Positions 48,601 through 61,651 of a stretch of DNA of 64,000 bases are shown piece by piece. The notes beneath the pieces are model-generated. The model worked only from the letters and a program-made list of their open reading frames with translations, did not search any database and was not told where the DNA came from. Every line of letters starts with the position of its first letter. Positions within the stretch are counted from its first letter, which is position 1. The position numbers were made by a program, and so were the translations under genes. Origin of the DNA: Chromera velia (Eukaryota); NCBI GenBank assembly GCA_018398765.1, contig JAHBMJ010000499.1, forward strand, positions 62,001 to 126,000, given 5' to 3'.

Positions 48601-51600
48601 AGCGCAGCCGAGAGAGGCAGTGTGTTGTTCGCACTACTCGAGGAGACGGGAGTCTGAGATCCTTTCTCTCCCCCTCCCATTCCTCCGAGACTCCCGCCTC
48701 GAAAGCCGTTGACCGGTGTTGCTGCCACATTTGCCGAACAGCAACCCGACCCCGTCGCCGAATTGGCCGGGGCTTGAGGCGATTCAAACGGCAGGGGGGG
48801 GAAGGGCATGGAGAATGCTTCGTGGCCTCGCTGCATGAGGAAGTTCTGCCGCCGTGCCGCTCGACGTGCGCGCCGTTGGGCCCTACGAGCACTCTCATAC
48901 ATCTTTCTCCTGTGCAGAGCCGAAGTCACCGCCACGACCGTTCTCAGCATCAGAGCAATCGCTGCCTCTGCCTCGGCAGCAGCTCCGATGTCCCAGCCTT
49001 CTGATGCCAGCCTTTCAATCACTGCTGCGCCCCAGAATGCGGCTCCCATCAATTCCCATACAGAAGTGCGGAGTTTTGTTGCCGTCTGGCGATATTCATT
49101 TCTTAGTAGAGCGGTCTTTGACTGCCCCTGGTTTCCTTCTTCGTCCTCTCCGCTGTCACTGGAGCACGCCAAGACATTTGTCATTTCTTCATCTCCTGCC
49201 CGCCTGCCTCTGCCTGTAGCGATATCGTTTGAAGCAGCAGGCATGGAAGTGAGAGCCGGACTCCCGGAACCAAGCTGAGCTTGCAGATCTGGAGGCGTTC
49301 GCCTTCGAATTCTTCTCAGGGGGGCAGACGGCCTGCTGGCAGGACAAAAGCTGACTGCAGGCCTCCGTAGGCACCAGAGCTGGACAGTCTCACTGGGCGA
49401 TGCGCAGACCTCGCATGCCAAACAGAAGCCCTGCCGTTCAAGTTCTCTTCGCTTCTCTGCAGATGTCCTGTTGCCCTCTGCAGGGTCCGACACGCTCCCT
49501 CCAGCGAAGAGAGACGGCTTCTCTCCGATGAGAACTTCCACACGCACCTCAACGATACACTGCAACTCACTCATTTATTAATATCAATACACATTCTAAA
49601 CGCATCCGTGGATGTATCAATAAAGTGTCCACCAGAGAATGGCCATGGGGAAAAAATAAGCAAAAGCGCAACTTGAACTTAAAGACTCTGCAGTCTAAAA
49701 GAAGCTCAAAGAAGGCTTGTAGCAGAAGAAAACCCACACACGCACTTACTTGTTGTGTACCGTCTGTATTCCAGAGTCGAGGTCCCGTCGCTGTCCAGGT
49801 GCGTGTGTCATTCGGCAATGTGGACGTCTCACTGTTGCTCTCCGTCTTCTCAGCAATCTCCGTCACCCGACTGATTTTTTCCAGAGGGGCGGTGAAAGAC
49901 GGAGCTTCTGTTGCTCTTTGCGCAAAAACAAGCCAGGCAAATCCCGCCATGATTTTTCGAGCAACCAGACGGTGCCCCTCTGTGAGAACGACTGGGGGCG
50001 ACCGGGGACTGCTGCACTCCCTCCCACCCGACTCCGTCTCTTTTGCAAGAGTTGCAACAGCCGAAATGCGCCTGAGAACGATGGCAGTCATTCCCGTCTT
50101 CCAGTATGCAGGCTCAGCAAGGGCCTCTCCGGCAGAATCGAGGGAAGAAATCCGCTCAGGAGGGATGGCATTCTCTGGTGTCTGCCCCCCTTCGTTGCCC
50201 AATCCCTGCCTGACAACGGGTTGATCCTCCGATAAGATGTCGCCACTCTCGTTCACTTCTGCCGTGCTCCTCGAAGCAGCGGAGTGAATCCTCAGCAGAG
50301 GGCTGAGGAGAGGGAAAGAAGACGTGAGCAGGAGGTACAGCAGAGATGAACTTCCCTGGTTGCCTCCCCTGTTCAACTGTCCTCTCTTAAGGCTCGATTG
50401 AAGGACCTGCAGACAGAGGAAAAACAATTTGGACAGAAGAATCAAGTCGACAATCGTAGACGCCTCCTCCCTCTTCAGCGGCGTTTTTCTCCTGTTGCAG
50501 CCACACGATCAAACTCACCCAAACAACCAATAAGGGAAATGGAGGACCTGCGCTTGGAGGGAGCGAGCGAACAATTACGAGAAGGGAAAGGGTGAATACA
50601 AACAGCCGTTTGAAGTGAAAACTCGGCACACTGACCTGCAACCTGAGAAGACTGCGAACCCACAAAGCGTCTTCAGGAACCACTGTGACCCCACTGGCTG
50701 CAAAAGGACTGCAAATATTATGAATTATGCCTGCACAACTTCTGTGCAGAAAGGTCTGGAGTTTGTCGTTCAGATCATTGAGAAGACCAGCCATCTCAGA
50801 AGCACCTCCCCCTCCCAGTGCGGCTCCCTCGTCTAGAGTGCAAGTGGACATCAGAACAGGGGAACCCTCGCTTCCCTTCAGGCCGAGAGCTTCTTGCCGT
50901 TCTTGGCAAAGCAGGCTCATGGTCGCACTGTGGAGTGCACGTGTGACGATCCAGCCTGCATAGCGTCGGCAGACTCCTGAGACTTCTTGTCGGCTCCCAC
51001 TCTCCCCATCTGTCGTCTCTGTGCTGTTCTCTCCGAGAAGGTCCAAGAGAATCGGTCTCCCTCCTGACGGATTACCCTCACTGACTCCCCCCGACACGTC
51101 TCCTCCCTCACCCAACAACGACAGCAACAAAGCTCGGAGGGACTGAAGAGATGCAAAGCGGACGGCCTGGCGTCGCTCTCTCTTTTTCAGGCTTTGACTG
51201 AGAGAACTGGCCGTCACTGTTCCCATCAGGACCTCTGCACAGGCCTCGAGGTCCTCCATCACCCCGGGGTTTCCTCCCCTGTGGCGGCTTTTCATATCCG
51301 TCTCCTCTCCTGTCGTTTCGTCGACAGTGGCAAACAACCCCCCACCTCTAATGTCGGGGGCGGCAGTGACTGCGGAGACAAGCATGTCCCCCAACCTCCC
51401 ACCGCTGCGGTAGGATGAAGAAGACCTGTCGACTAGAGGGCCGAGGCCCGCCTGGTTTTGGCTTGAGGAAGAAGACATACCCGCTGAGTGATCAGGCTCG
51501 AGTGGAAGAGAACGAGAGTACGTCTCGCTCTTATGCAGCCCTCCTCCTCCTCCTCCTCCTCCTGTCTTATCCTTCTTAGAAGAGACAGAAAGTCTTCGGA

Positions 51601-54600
51601 GAAAGAGCAATGAAGCACGCGGCTTACGGGCAAGACACCCTCTGATGCTCTTCCCACCGATCCCCCCCGTTTGCAAATTGCCGCTCTCTGGACCTAGGCT
51701 GGCGTGCGAAACCGAAAGCGATAGGGGCCCTTTGGTGGGTGCACCAGTATGAGACAGGGAGAGAGGGAAGGGCCGGGCGCCCAGCTTGCTTGTGTCCGTC
51801 GCCTGCCCCTTTTGACTTGCCACATCGGATCCTGTATTTGAAATCTCGTTGCTCGGACGAAGCACGCGGTCAGAATCTTGGCTGTTCAAACAAGAAGCGT
51901 GAGTCAACCCATCCCGTCGCCTTGTATCGCTCATCGCTTCTGCTGGGGGCTCAGCACCTGTAGCGGAGTGCTCCTCTACGCTGTCTCTCACCGAACGGCC
52001 ACCCGCAATGCCACGTCGAGCAACTGTGATGATCCAAAGCGCTTTTTCCCGGATGGACCTTCGTCTTTCCGAAGCCCCTGCAGACTTCTCCTTCACGCTG
52101 TGCCTTCCATCTCGTCCTCCACCTTTCCCTTCTTTCCCTCTTCCCAAGACTGTGCCCCTCCTGTTTCGCTCCCCCTTCTCCGATCCGCCGGACGCAGAGC
52201 CGCTTCCTCTTCTTCGGCCGTGGGCCCTCTCCCATTGTTTGTCAGCGAGGCAAGACACCGCGCAACGGCGTGCGACAGAAATCGCAGAGCCCATCGTGGA
52301 ATACAGGACTGAGAAAGGGGGGAATGAAGAGTTTGATTCTTTCTCTTTCTCAGCGGAAGCCTCCCCTTTGTCTCGTGAGAGAGGCTCGATAACAATGAAA
52401 TTTGGGTCTTCTGAAAGCTGGATGAGCCCGTCTTCCTGATTGGCTGAAACACCTGGACCTGAACCACTCGACAGGTGTAAGAGGGCAGCAAGCACAGCGC
52501 ATTCTTCCCCCTCGACGCTCGGATGAAAAGGGGCCCATTGGGGGTTTGCTGTCTTGACAGCCTCGATGGTGCATTTGTCCCCCTTCAGGAGTTTGAACAA
52601 GAATGGGTGGACGTGTTTGGGTTCAGACCGTCTGACTCCTGAGGTGTCAAGGGCCTCTGCCTTCTTTGAAGATAGTGAGGTCCGACGGAGGAAGTGCTGC
52701 ACGGAGGGCGGAAGGGAAGCGAGAGAAGGGACGGACGCACCTCCTCCATTGCTACCTCTTCCAGAAAAGAAGTTTTGAGTTGCCGTTGAGTTGCTCAGGT
52801 GGCTCTGAGAACCGCTGTCTCCTGGAGGATCTGCACCTCCCTCGCGTCCTTCAGCTCCCCCCCCCTCGTTTGAGTTTGGTGGCGGACGGAAAGAGGGGGG
52901 GAAGGGGGAGGATGGACATGTGAGTGGCTCCTTGACACCATCCATAAGAAGCAAAAGCAGACGATGAAGAGGAGCGTCTGTGTCATCACGAGAATCAGAC
53001 GGCGTGGGGATATTGCTGCTTCCCCTGGACCCGCCTGAGGCTCCTCTAGCTTCACTCTCGATGTTGCGGGAATCGAGAAGGAACGACGGGAGAGGCACTG
53101 GGTGTTGTCTGACGGTTTTTGCTTCCTCAGGAAGATTGCTGCAGTTGGAGCTGCATGGGGCATTCGGGTTGAGATCCATCAGGAGCAGAGAGAGGCGTAC
53201 AGCCAGAAGCACGACGGCAACGGCCGACTCAACCAACGGGTGGAGTCCTTCGTTTTCGCACTGTGCAGACACGGTGGGGAATCGTCGCAACAGCTGGACA
53301 CACCTGACTGCGGCCTTCAAGACACTTGGGAGCAGAGAGAGAAGTATTCGCTCCCGCTCACGCCTCCACTTTCGCTCCAACGTGTTCACTTTCACTTTTG
53401 AGTCCTGTGGAGACACTCCACAGTGGCGCAAATGGCATTCCTCCAGATTCCGTCCGACCAGAGGAGCAAGAAAACTCAAACAAGGCACTACAGCGGTTCG
53501 AAGAAAGTCGGAGCGTTCAGAGAAGGGTTGTACCACGCGGACGCTGGCTTCCACTCTGTCGGATAGGGCTGCTGTCAAGTGCAGCACCGTGCGCTGTCCG
53601 ACTTCCAAGACGAGACGGAAGACGCTCTCAGCCGAGGCGACAGCGCGGGTGTACCCAGACGCAGACCCTGTGGCATTTTCCGAAGTTGCGAATGAGCTGA
53701 CAAAGGAAATTGGCAGCGAAGCTGCAACTCGTCGAGCGGCATGACGAGCCAACATCCCCGCCACTTCTCCTGCCACCCCCATTTGAGAGAAGGGGGGGGC
53801 TGCTCTTGCAATTTGCTCTGCCACAAAGAAGCGGAAGCTCAAGGGACCAGGGGATGAAATCCAGGAGGCCACTGCTCCTCGGTCCTCACCCCCTGAGGGA
53901 GAACAGAGCCGGAAGAGGGATGCCTTCTCCACACTCTCCTTCGGCCTCTGCTGTTGATGCTGAACAGGATCTCTGGGTGAGGGAGAAGTCGAAGAATGTT
54001 GCTGCTGTTGTGGCTGGTCTTTCAGAGGAAGTGAAAGAGCAGTCGCGCCCCCCCTGCGCAAGTGTGGGGATGGAAGAATGCGAAACAGTTGCTCCTCTGC
54101 TTCATAGACCAATTTTGAGAAGAGATTTCCAAGCCCAGTCGAGTCAGCCCCCCCCCGCATGCTGATTGGATTTACGCCCCTACTGTTCTCCAAAGTCGAA
54201 GGGTTGGGGGGGCCGCAAGAGCTACAGCCGGATCTGACAGATGCCAGGCGCCTGCAAAATAGACCATGAAGCATCCATCAGGATGATTAATAGAAGCAGA
54301 AGAAGGATGACAGACTTAGACACCTACCTGCACGCTCCAGAAAAATGCCAATGAATGAGGCAAAGTAGATCGATCCTACAAAGCATATACACTTGACTGG
54401 TTCAGTGGTACATCAACCAAACTCAACTCCCAGCAGAACGTACAGCAAATGAGGCCGATCGAGCGACTGACCCGACAAGAATGCACATGGCCCCGGAGTC
54501 TTCCAGAGAACCCAGAAGGATCTTCACCAGAGGAACCTGCAAAAACCATGCAGGAAGGCAGGCAGGCAGGCACAGACAGACATGAAGTCAGCACATTCAT

Positions 54601-57600
54601 GACAACTGACGCTGAAAGAGGACAACGTTGCGATGGTGGGTCCAGTCTGTGCATGCTGTGATGTAGAACCAGAAAGAATTAAGCACAGTCAACGAAGCCT
54701 GAAGGAATGAGAGGGAAGGACGTGGATGCTGAACGTCTTTTCAGATAGTTCAAGGTCACAGAAGCAAATGACCAAGCGAAAAGGAAAACCTGTGCAGATG
54801 CAAGAGAAACAAATGCTTTTGTCATCCCATCGCTGACCGACCTCTCGTTCGTCGCAAGCAGCCATGATTGTGCAGAGGCTCGTCAGTAGTCCTGCAGGGG
54901 CCTGTTGCATCATTCTGCAGATCAGTAATGGGCTAGCCTGCGACAGGAGTCCTATTGCTGCTCTGTGAACCACCCAAACGAGACCTTCGCAGTCCTCTCG
55001 CACAACCTTAGAACAAGAGGGAGGAGAAACAGGCGCGCCTCTCCGCACGTCTTCATTCTGCCTCTCCCCACCCTCCACGCTTCCGTGTTTCGTGTCTTCG
55101 TCGAAGTCGGGGAGTGATGAAATTTCCAGAACCCCCAGGACCGTCCGAAGGAGACAGGACGTACAGTCACCTTCGATGCCTTGTCCTGCTCCGATCTGAC
55201 TTTCACCACTCACCATACACCCTCTCTTCTCACCAAGGAGGGCTTCAACCACAGTACTGCCCTCGCATCGCAACTGAAGACGCAGCACGCCCAGCAAAGC
55301 AGCGATGGAATAGACAGACTCGGTCCAAGCTCGGACGGACTTTCTGCCAGCCGGACTTTTCACAAACGCCCCAATTCGTTCCAACAGTTCCAGAATGGAC
55401 TTCAGGCACTGCTGCGCTGAGGCGACCGTCTGTGGTCGAAGGAGGGCCCTGCAAGGGGGGAGGGAGGGAGGGAAGACAAGGAAGGGTCCAAACACTTTTT
55501 TCTTTCTCAGAGATTGATACACAGAGACAGATCATTGGATCTTTATTCATGTGGCTCTGTTGCATATCTGAGGTGATCTCAGAGGTCTGGGGGGGGCAGA
55601 AAGGCAGGGGCGGCAGCAGCAACGGACAAGCAAGGTATACCAACACCTTTTAAAAAAAAGTACAAAAACAAGAGACAAATGCCCCTTTTGCATCATATCA
55701 ATCAGACAATCCCCCCACTATGGATCAATCTGGATCCACAGCACCGAATCGATGCATGCCTCTCTTTTTTTGGCAGTTGACTGACTGACGTCAATTTTTC
55801 ATCCGTCGGATGACGACTGAATCGCTCCGCTTGTGTTTCCGCACGGAAATGTCGAAGCGAGAGCCGGTGCAGGGCGCGTGTGCACTCAGCAGACAACGCA
55901 ATTGCATCCATAGAAGAAGAACCTCCTTCTTCCAGGCTCCTAGAGCGCTGCAGGGACTCTTTTGAGTCTGAAGCAGTTGGAGGGGCAGGTTTTGCCCCTT
56001 CCTTGCTATCGACGCTGGTGTTGGCCTCCCCTGGTTCACATGGATGATCTGAAGATGCTTTCTTCTTCGGTGTGTGAATCAGGAGACCTGCCTCCCCCAA
56101 GTGCTGGCCGAAAGAGCGCGACCACTGAGGCAGAGAGGGCAGATCCACAGAACTGAACCCATCATGAGTCTGGGCGTCAACTCTCAATTCGGCAGCGTGA
56201 AGGAGAGGGGGGGAAAGGACGGCACGCTCCCAGAGAGGACCTGACCAAATCGGTCGTCCGTCTGCAAAAACCACAATTTCTCCTCTTCTCACCTCATCGT
56301 CGTGTCTCTCCCCCTTCCCTTCCTTTGCCTTCTCCTGTACTCCCCTTTCTTCGACCTCACTGTCTGCTTTGGTAGCAGAGCTCAAATTCCCCCCACGCAT
56401 TCTTTGTGCACAGGCTGCTCCTTGCAATCCCTTGCTGGACGTCGGGGAGACCCCCATTCCCTGATCGATTAGAATTTCAAGTGTCACAGCCTGAAGGGGC
56501 GAAACTTCGAGGGCAACCGCAACGTCGGAACCATCCCCCCCCACGGTCGGGGCACAGACGTTAGAAGAATCTCCCTGAGGCCTTGAGTCTGTCTCCACCC
56601 CTTCTTTGCCTTTCTGGAAACTCTTCTGGCTGCCAGAAGCCGACAGAGACGCCGATTGTTCACTGTCGCTCCCACTGTCGTCGAAGCAATTCAAAAGACG
56701 AAAACTGTCCTGAGATTCATCATGAGAGGAAACTTCAGAGGGCGATCCGACCTCTGAACCCTCCACATCTCCACTTCCAGGGACATCTGCTAAGTTCTCA
56801 TCAACCAAAAGTTGCTCTCCACTGCAAGTTTCTTCTCCTTTCCCTTCCTGCTCCACCTCCAATGCCCCTCCCCGGTTACCCAAACTTCCTTTTCCCTGCG
56901 CCCCCCGTGAATTCTCCCCTCTCTTATCTGCTGTCCGAGGGCTTCGACGGCCCTCCCGACAGATGAGGAAAAGCCGTGAGCCAACCGTCTCTATCGAAAA
57001 ACTCACTCGTACAATAGAATTACCCCCCCTGCTACTCCCTACCGTCTCCCCCCCCGAAAGCCCGCACGCTGATAGCGGAACAGACAAAGAGAGAGAGCAA
57101 CGAGTGCCAACCGAAGGGCCGTCATCCCCCCTGAATGCCAGCACGGCCTGTAGTGCAAAGGCACCGAAAGCAGGCAGACTGATGGAGGTTGCGGCCTTGA
57201 CACCGTCTCGCAATACGCTCACGATCTCTCCACCTTCCTGTTCATTCCCCCTTGGTGTTCGCGAAGGTGCATTGCCTCCGCTTGCGCTGCTGCTACTGTT
57301 TCCTCCAGCGGCTGCAGGACTTTTGGCATCAAAAATCGCGTTGTTCGCCGGCGGGGGACGGAAACAAAGGGGATAGGAGACTGCTAGGAGGGACAGGTGT
57401 TCCATTGACTTCCATACCCGCTCCAGCTGTTGAAAGTCGCTTCCAATTTCCCCTCGCTGCCCTTCCCTGTTTCCACCCTCATGTTCTGCGTGAGTCCAGA
57501 GAGCCTGAAGGAAAGTGAGCAGACGGACAAGAGACCCCTCCTGTAATGCCATCAACAGAAGTAGATCGAGGCCAAGAGAGAGAGCGGTCTTCCTTCGGGA

Positions 57601-59361
57601 TTCACCCAAAGCCTCCGTGGCACTCGACTTTTTCAACAACGACGCTGCAACAATATCCAGCAGTTGGAAGGAATGCGAAGTGTCCCCGTCAGACCCCCCC
57701 CCGCCCCAGCCCCTATGTAGAAGGGGCGGACGGGTTCCTCTCCCCCTCGGTGAAAGGTTGCCCCCACCTCTCGCACCTCCACTGACGGACGCGCGCTTGC
57801 TGGGGGAAGTTGGTCTGCTTCTATCTCCAGTCTGCAGGGAGCCCGACAGACCCGACGAACCGGGGACCGTCTTCTCTGAAGGTGACAGGGAAAGGGGAGG
57901 CCGACCGCTGAGGGAGTTGCAAAGAGACTCAGCGTACTGTTCAAGAAGATGGGGAGTCTGCCCTGCCGAGTTAAGGGAGGAGCCTTGCTGAGCAGCCAGC
58001 CCCTCCAGATTTCCCCCCGACCCTGAGGCGGATGCGGTCTCCATAAATAAGGACAGAAGAGGCGCCCACACGGCAGAGGCAAGTGAATCCTTCTGATCTC
58101 CAGCACAGAGGCCAGGAAGACCCTCCACCTGTCTACCTCCATCTCCCCCTCTATCTCCGTACAGCCTCGCAAACGAACCGTCGAGAAGAAGCCCCGACTT
58201 TACATTAAAATTCGAGACAGCCTCAGTCAGCTGCCATTTTTCTAGATCAGCACCTCTCTCAGTGCCTTCAGATATGGAAAATCGGTCCTGACTGGCTGCC
58301 CGCACATCGACAGCAAACTGCCGAGCATGACTCTGCAACAGCTCTCCCAACTTCTCCAGAGAGGCAGGGTATTCGTCGTCACCCCCGTCAGCATCACTGT
58401 CGTTCCATCCCAAAAGTGCAGTTCTCCAGGAAGTTGGCATCTTCAGGGATGACGGCCCTTCTCCCAAAGAAAGTTTCGGAGAACTGTCATCCACAGGCTT
58501 TGCTCGTGGGGGGGAAAGGGAGGATTCGCGTGGGCGTGCGGCCTGGGGTGAGCCGGGAGACGGGCGCACAGGGGAGAGGCTACGGATTGGAGAGGCACCC
58601 CCGTGTTCCCTCCGGGGCGATACTGCAGCAGACTGCGGGCCACCAGGGGTGCTGCATGATGCCTGCTCTCCCTGTGCATCTGCGTTGTTGCCAGAAAAGG
58701 GAGAACCCGAACCTAAAACAAGATCGGCAAGGAGAGGGTCGCATGCGGACCTGAGATTGAACGCAGCGTTAATTCGGAAATCGGTGCAGTCATCTCCCGG
58801 GTCTTCTCCCTCGACCTTTCTTCCCCCCAATCCCGGGGAGTCTGGTCGCACGCCCATCCGGGGAGATGAGCGGGGACGGCCGATACCCCCGCGTTGCCAC
58901 GTTGGTCTCAGAGCAGAGGCTGGTCTATTCTTCAGACCGTACCCTTTTCCCCTCTGAGAAGCTTCTCTGATCGTGTCTCTCGACTGCACAGAGCCGACAA
59001 GCAGAGCCATGAGGGCCTCGGCAGCGTCTGTCTGAGGATTACTTGATGTGTGTGCTGCTGTTGAGGATGGTCGTCGTGGAACGTGAGAAGGTGCAGGGCT
59101 AGAAGAAGAAGAAGAGGCAGACGACGAGGAGGCCTCCGAGGATCCTGCCACATTTCCGCTTCCTGGATCTTTTTCTCCGTCCCCTTGATGTTCCTTCCGT
59201 GTCGCATTGGCGAGCTTTAACTGCTGTAGGATTCTGTGCGCCCCATTGAGGATGAGAAACTCGGCCTCATCTGAAATGTCAGTCTTCAGTTGTCGTAGGC
59301 GACCGAGAAAAATATACTCAGAAAAGATCATGGACGGTCGGGTTCCCCCCTGATCCATCAT
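30684..59361 (-). CDS. Giant HECT-type E3 ubiquitin ligase with ankyrin repeats and SPRY-like segments, ~8,300 aa, ~16 exons
   Basis: Approximate exons 59361-55790, 55448-54842, 54536-54472, 54375-54328, 54251-50636, 50406-49750, 49559-47191, 46862-46659, 46290-41419, 41176-37779, 37524-34033, 33878-33114, 32764-32021, 31646-31499, 31148-31076, 30860-30684, joined by short GT-AG introns. HECT motifs FKGEGASDFGGPFQEAL, LERLICGE, FLRFVSGRCRLP, LPTSTTC (Cys 30819-30821), LPPYSS, CLAIDLD. Ankyrin motifs TPLRLAAKLGYGDIVSLLL and GSTALMAAAGCGHSDVVAML at ~37800-38090. Confidence 0.88.
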
Positions 59362-59998
59362 CTCTTTTTCCTTACTTTTGGTTTAATTCCTGGTCTTTGA
59401 CTTGGACGTTCAATTCACTCTCGATCTTCTTGATGGAGTAGATGATGAAAGTGGATGTCCAAACAGAAGACGCAGACGGAGCTTTTTGGTGAGGACAAGC
59501 GCGACAGAATTTTCTGTTATATTCAGCCTGGAAATCTTAGTCGTAGGAATCTGATGCTGACCGAAGTTTCTTCCAGGGAAGAGCTGTTCAAGTGGAAAAG
59601 AATTCTATGCCTCATTTTGGGTCATGAAGATTGAAAGAGACAATCATTGCACATGCTTGACCTGTTGCACGCACAAAGGTTCTCCGGCTTTGATTTTCAC
59701 TTGCAAAAGACGCTTCTTGTCTTGCCGGCTCAGAGCCTCTCACACAACTCGATTGATCGGCATCGTTGCTGCGTGTGGACTCGAACATCTTCTTGCCTCT
59801 TCGTAGTAGTTCGTATACGTATATCAGACATGTGTACATATCGACATGTATATGCATGTACTGTACATCTTCACCAACAAGTATATATAACGATGATTAA
59901 ATTTATTTTTCAAAAATGCATACAGAAATCAAATACAGAGGTCACGGAGCGGTACATGCTGCGCTCATTGACAAATTAATATCTCATGCATGCAGCTA

Positions 59999-61316
59999 TC
60001 GCCTCGGGGGGCAGCTCAGCTCTGCTGAGATCAGCCGAGAGGCCCTGAGATCGCACGCACTCACATAACGCATTTTTTCATTTTTGGGGGGGGGATCGGT
60101 TCTGTCTCCATCACGATCGGTGTCGCCCAAGTTCCAAAATATGCCCCTCAAACAACTCGCACGGAGCCGTGATCGCACATACCTTATAATTACTTTGCGC
60201 ATGCGTACCCCTCAAGTAACTCGCACGGAGTTGTATATACATATATGACGTGCGCGCGGTCCTGAAAAGCATATTTCACTGCCGTGGCCCCCACCCCATG
60301 GCAGCACACAACTTAGACATGTCCAAGCCCCCGATGGTGCGCATCAATTAGCGGACCTCTAAATAGCCTCCCGAGGTACTCATCCAACTGGTTGGGTGTA
60401 TTCCGTATATATATATAGTGCATACAGCTTTGCTTGATCGCTATATAGGATCGTGAGGCCCTATGCAGTATATATCGCCTCGGGGGGCAGCTCAGCTTTG
60501 CTGAAATCAGCCGAGAGGCCCTGAGATCGCATGCACTCGCATAACGCATTTTTTCATTTTTGAGGGGGGGATCGGTTCTATCTCCTTCACAGTTAGTGTT
60601 GCCCGAGTTCCAAAATATGCCCCTCAAACAACTCGCATGGAGTTGTGATCGCACATGCCTTAATTACTTTACGCATGCGTGCCCCTCAAATAACTCACAC
60701 GGAGTTGCACATACATATATAATGCATGCGCGGTCCCGAAAAGCATACTTCGCTACCATGGCCCCCGCCCCATGGCAGTATACAACTTAGACATGCCCAA
60801 GCCCCCGATGGTGTGCATCAATTAGCGGACCCCTAAATAGCCCTCCAAGCTAGGCACTCACCCAACTGGTTGGGTGTATCCCGTATCAATCGTCTCGGGG
60901 GGCAGCTCAGCTCTGCTGAGATCAGTCGAGAGGCCCTGAGATCGCATGCATCCACATAACACATTTTTTCATTTTTTGGGGGGGGGATTCGGTTCTGTCT
61001 CCATCATGGTCGGTGTCGCCCGAATTCTAAAATATGCTCCTCAAGTAACTCGCACGGAGCCGCGATCGCATTATAATATGATATACTTCGCTCTTCATGA
61101 TACGTGCCCCTCCATGCAGTATAACTCGCACGGAGTTAATTGTATATATGTTCATGCGCGGTCCCGAAAAGCATATTTTGCGCATGTTGCCGTGGCCCCT
61201 GCTATTTGCCCATGCACGCATTGCAGGCAAGACATGCCCAACATGCAATCAAATTATGGCCGACCTCCTAAATGGCCCCCCGAGGCACTCACCCAACTGG
61301 TTGGGTGTATCCCGTA
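59999..61316 (+). mobile_element. Three head-to-tail copies of a ~410-430 bp palindrome-rich non-coding element, possibly a non-autonomous Helitron-like transposon
   Basis: Copies 59999-60407, 60475-60885, 60890-61316. Each starts A|TCG(C/T)CTCGGGGGG and ends with hairpin CACCCAAC-TG-GTTGGGTG then TAT(C/T)CCGTA|T. The repeat is certain; the transposon class is inferred. Confidence 0.55.
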
Positions 61317-61651
61317 TATATGTACGTGTACGTTTTCGGCTATTTTCTGCTCTGGCCTGCATCGATCTATAGCTGACAATTAAACTTCTGACACGCTCCT
61401 TACAGATTTTCAAACACAGTGACAGTCGGTCTGGGTGACAGTCTGCAGGTACACAACTTCTGGATCGAGCATAGCTCTGAATCTTGCTTCATCTTTGTTC
61501 GACTAGAAGAAGGCTGACGAACTCGTGTGAAACAAAGCAACACATCTGTGTCCGTGCAATCAAAGACAAACCGTATATTGTACTCCGCACATATATACAC
61601 AGGTGCACCTTATATATATCAGCAGAATCCAAGTGAGCAACTCAAGAAACC

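Noticed and set aside
59996..61383. Repeated short ORFs in the tandem element
   Set aside because: Frames are not preserved between copies and there are no transposase or Rep motifs.
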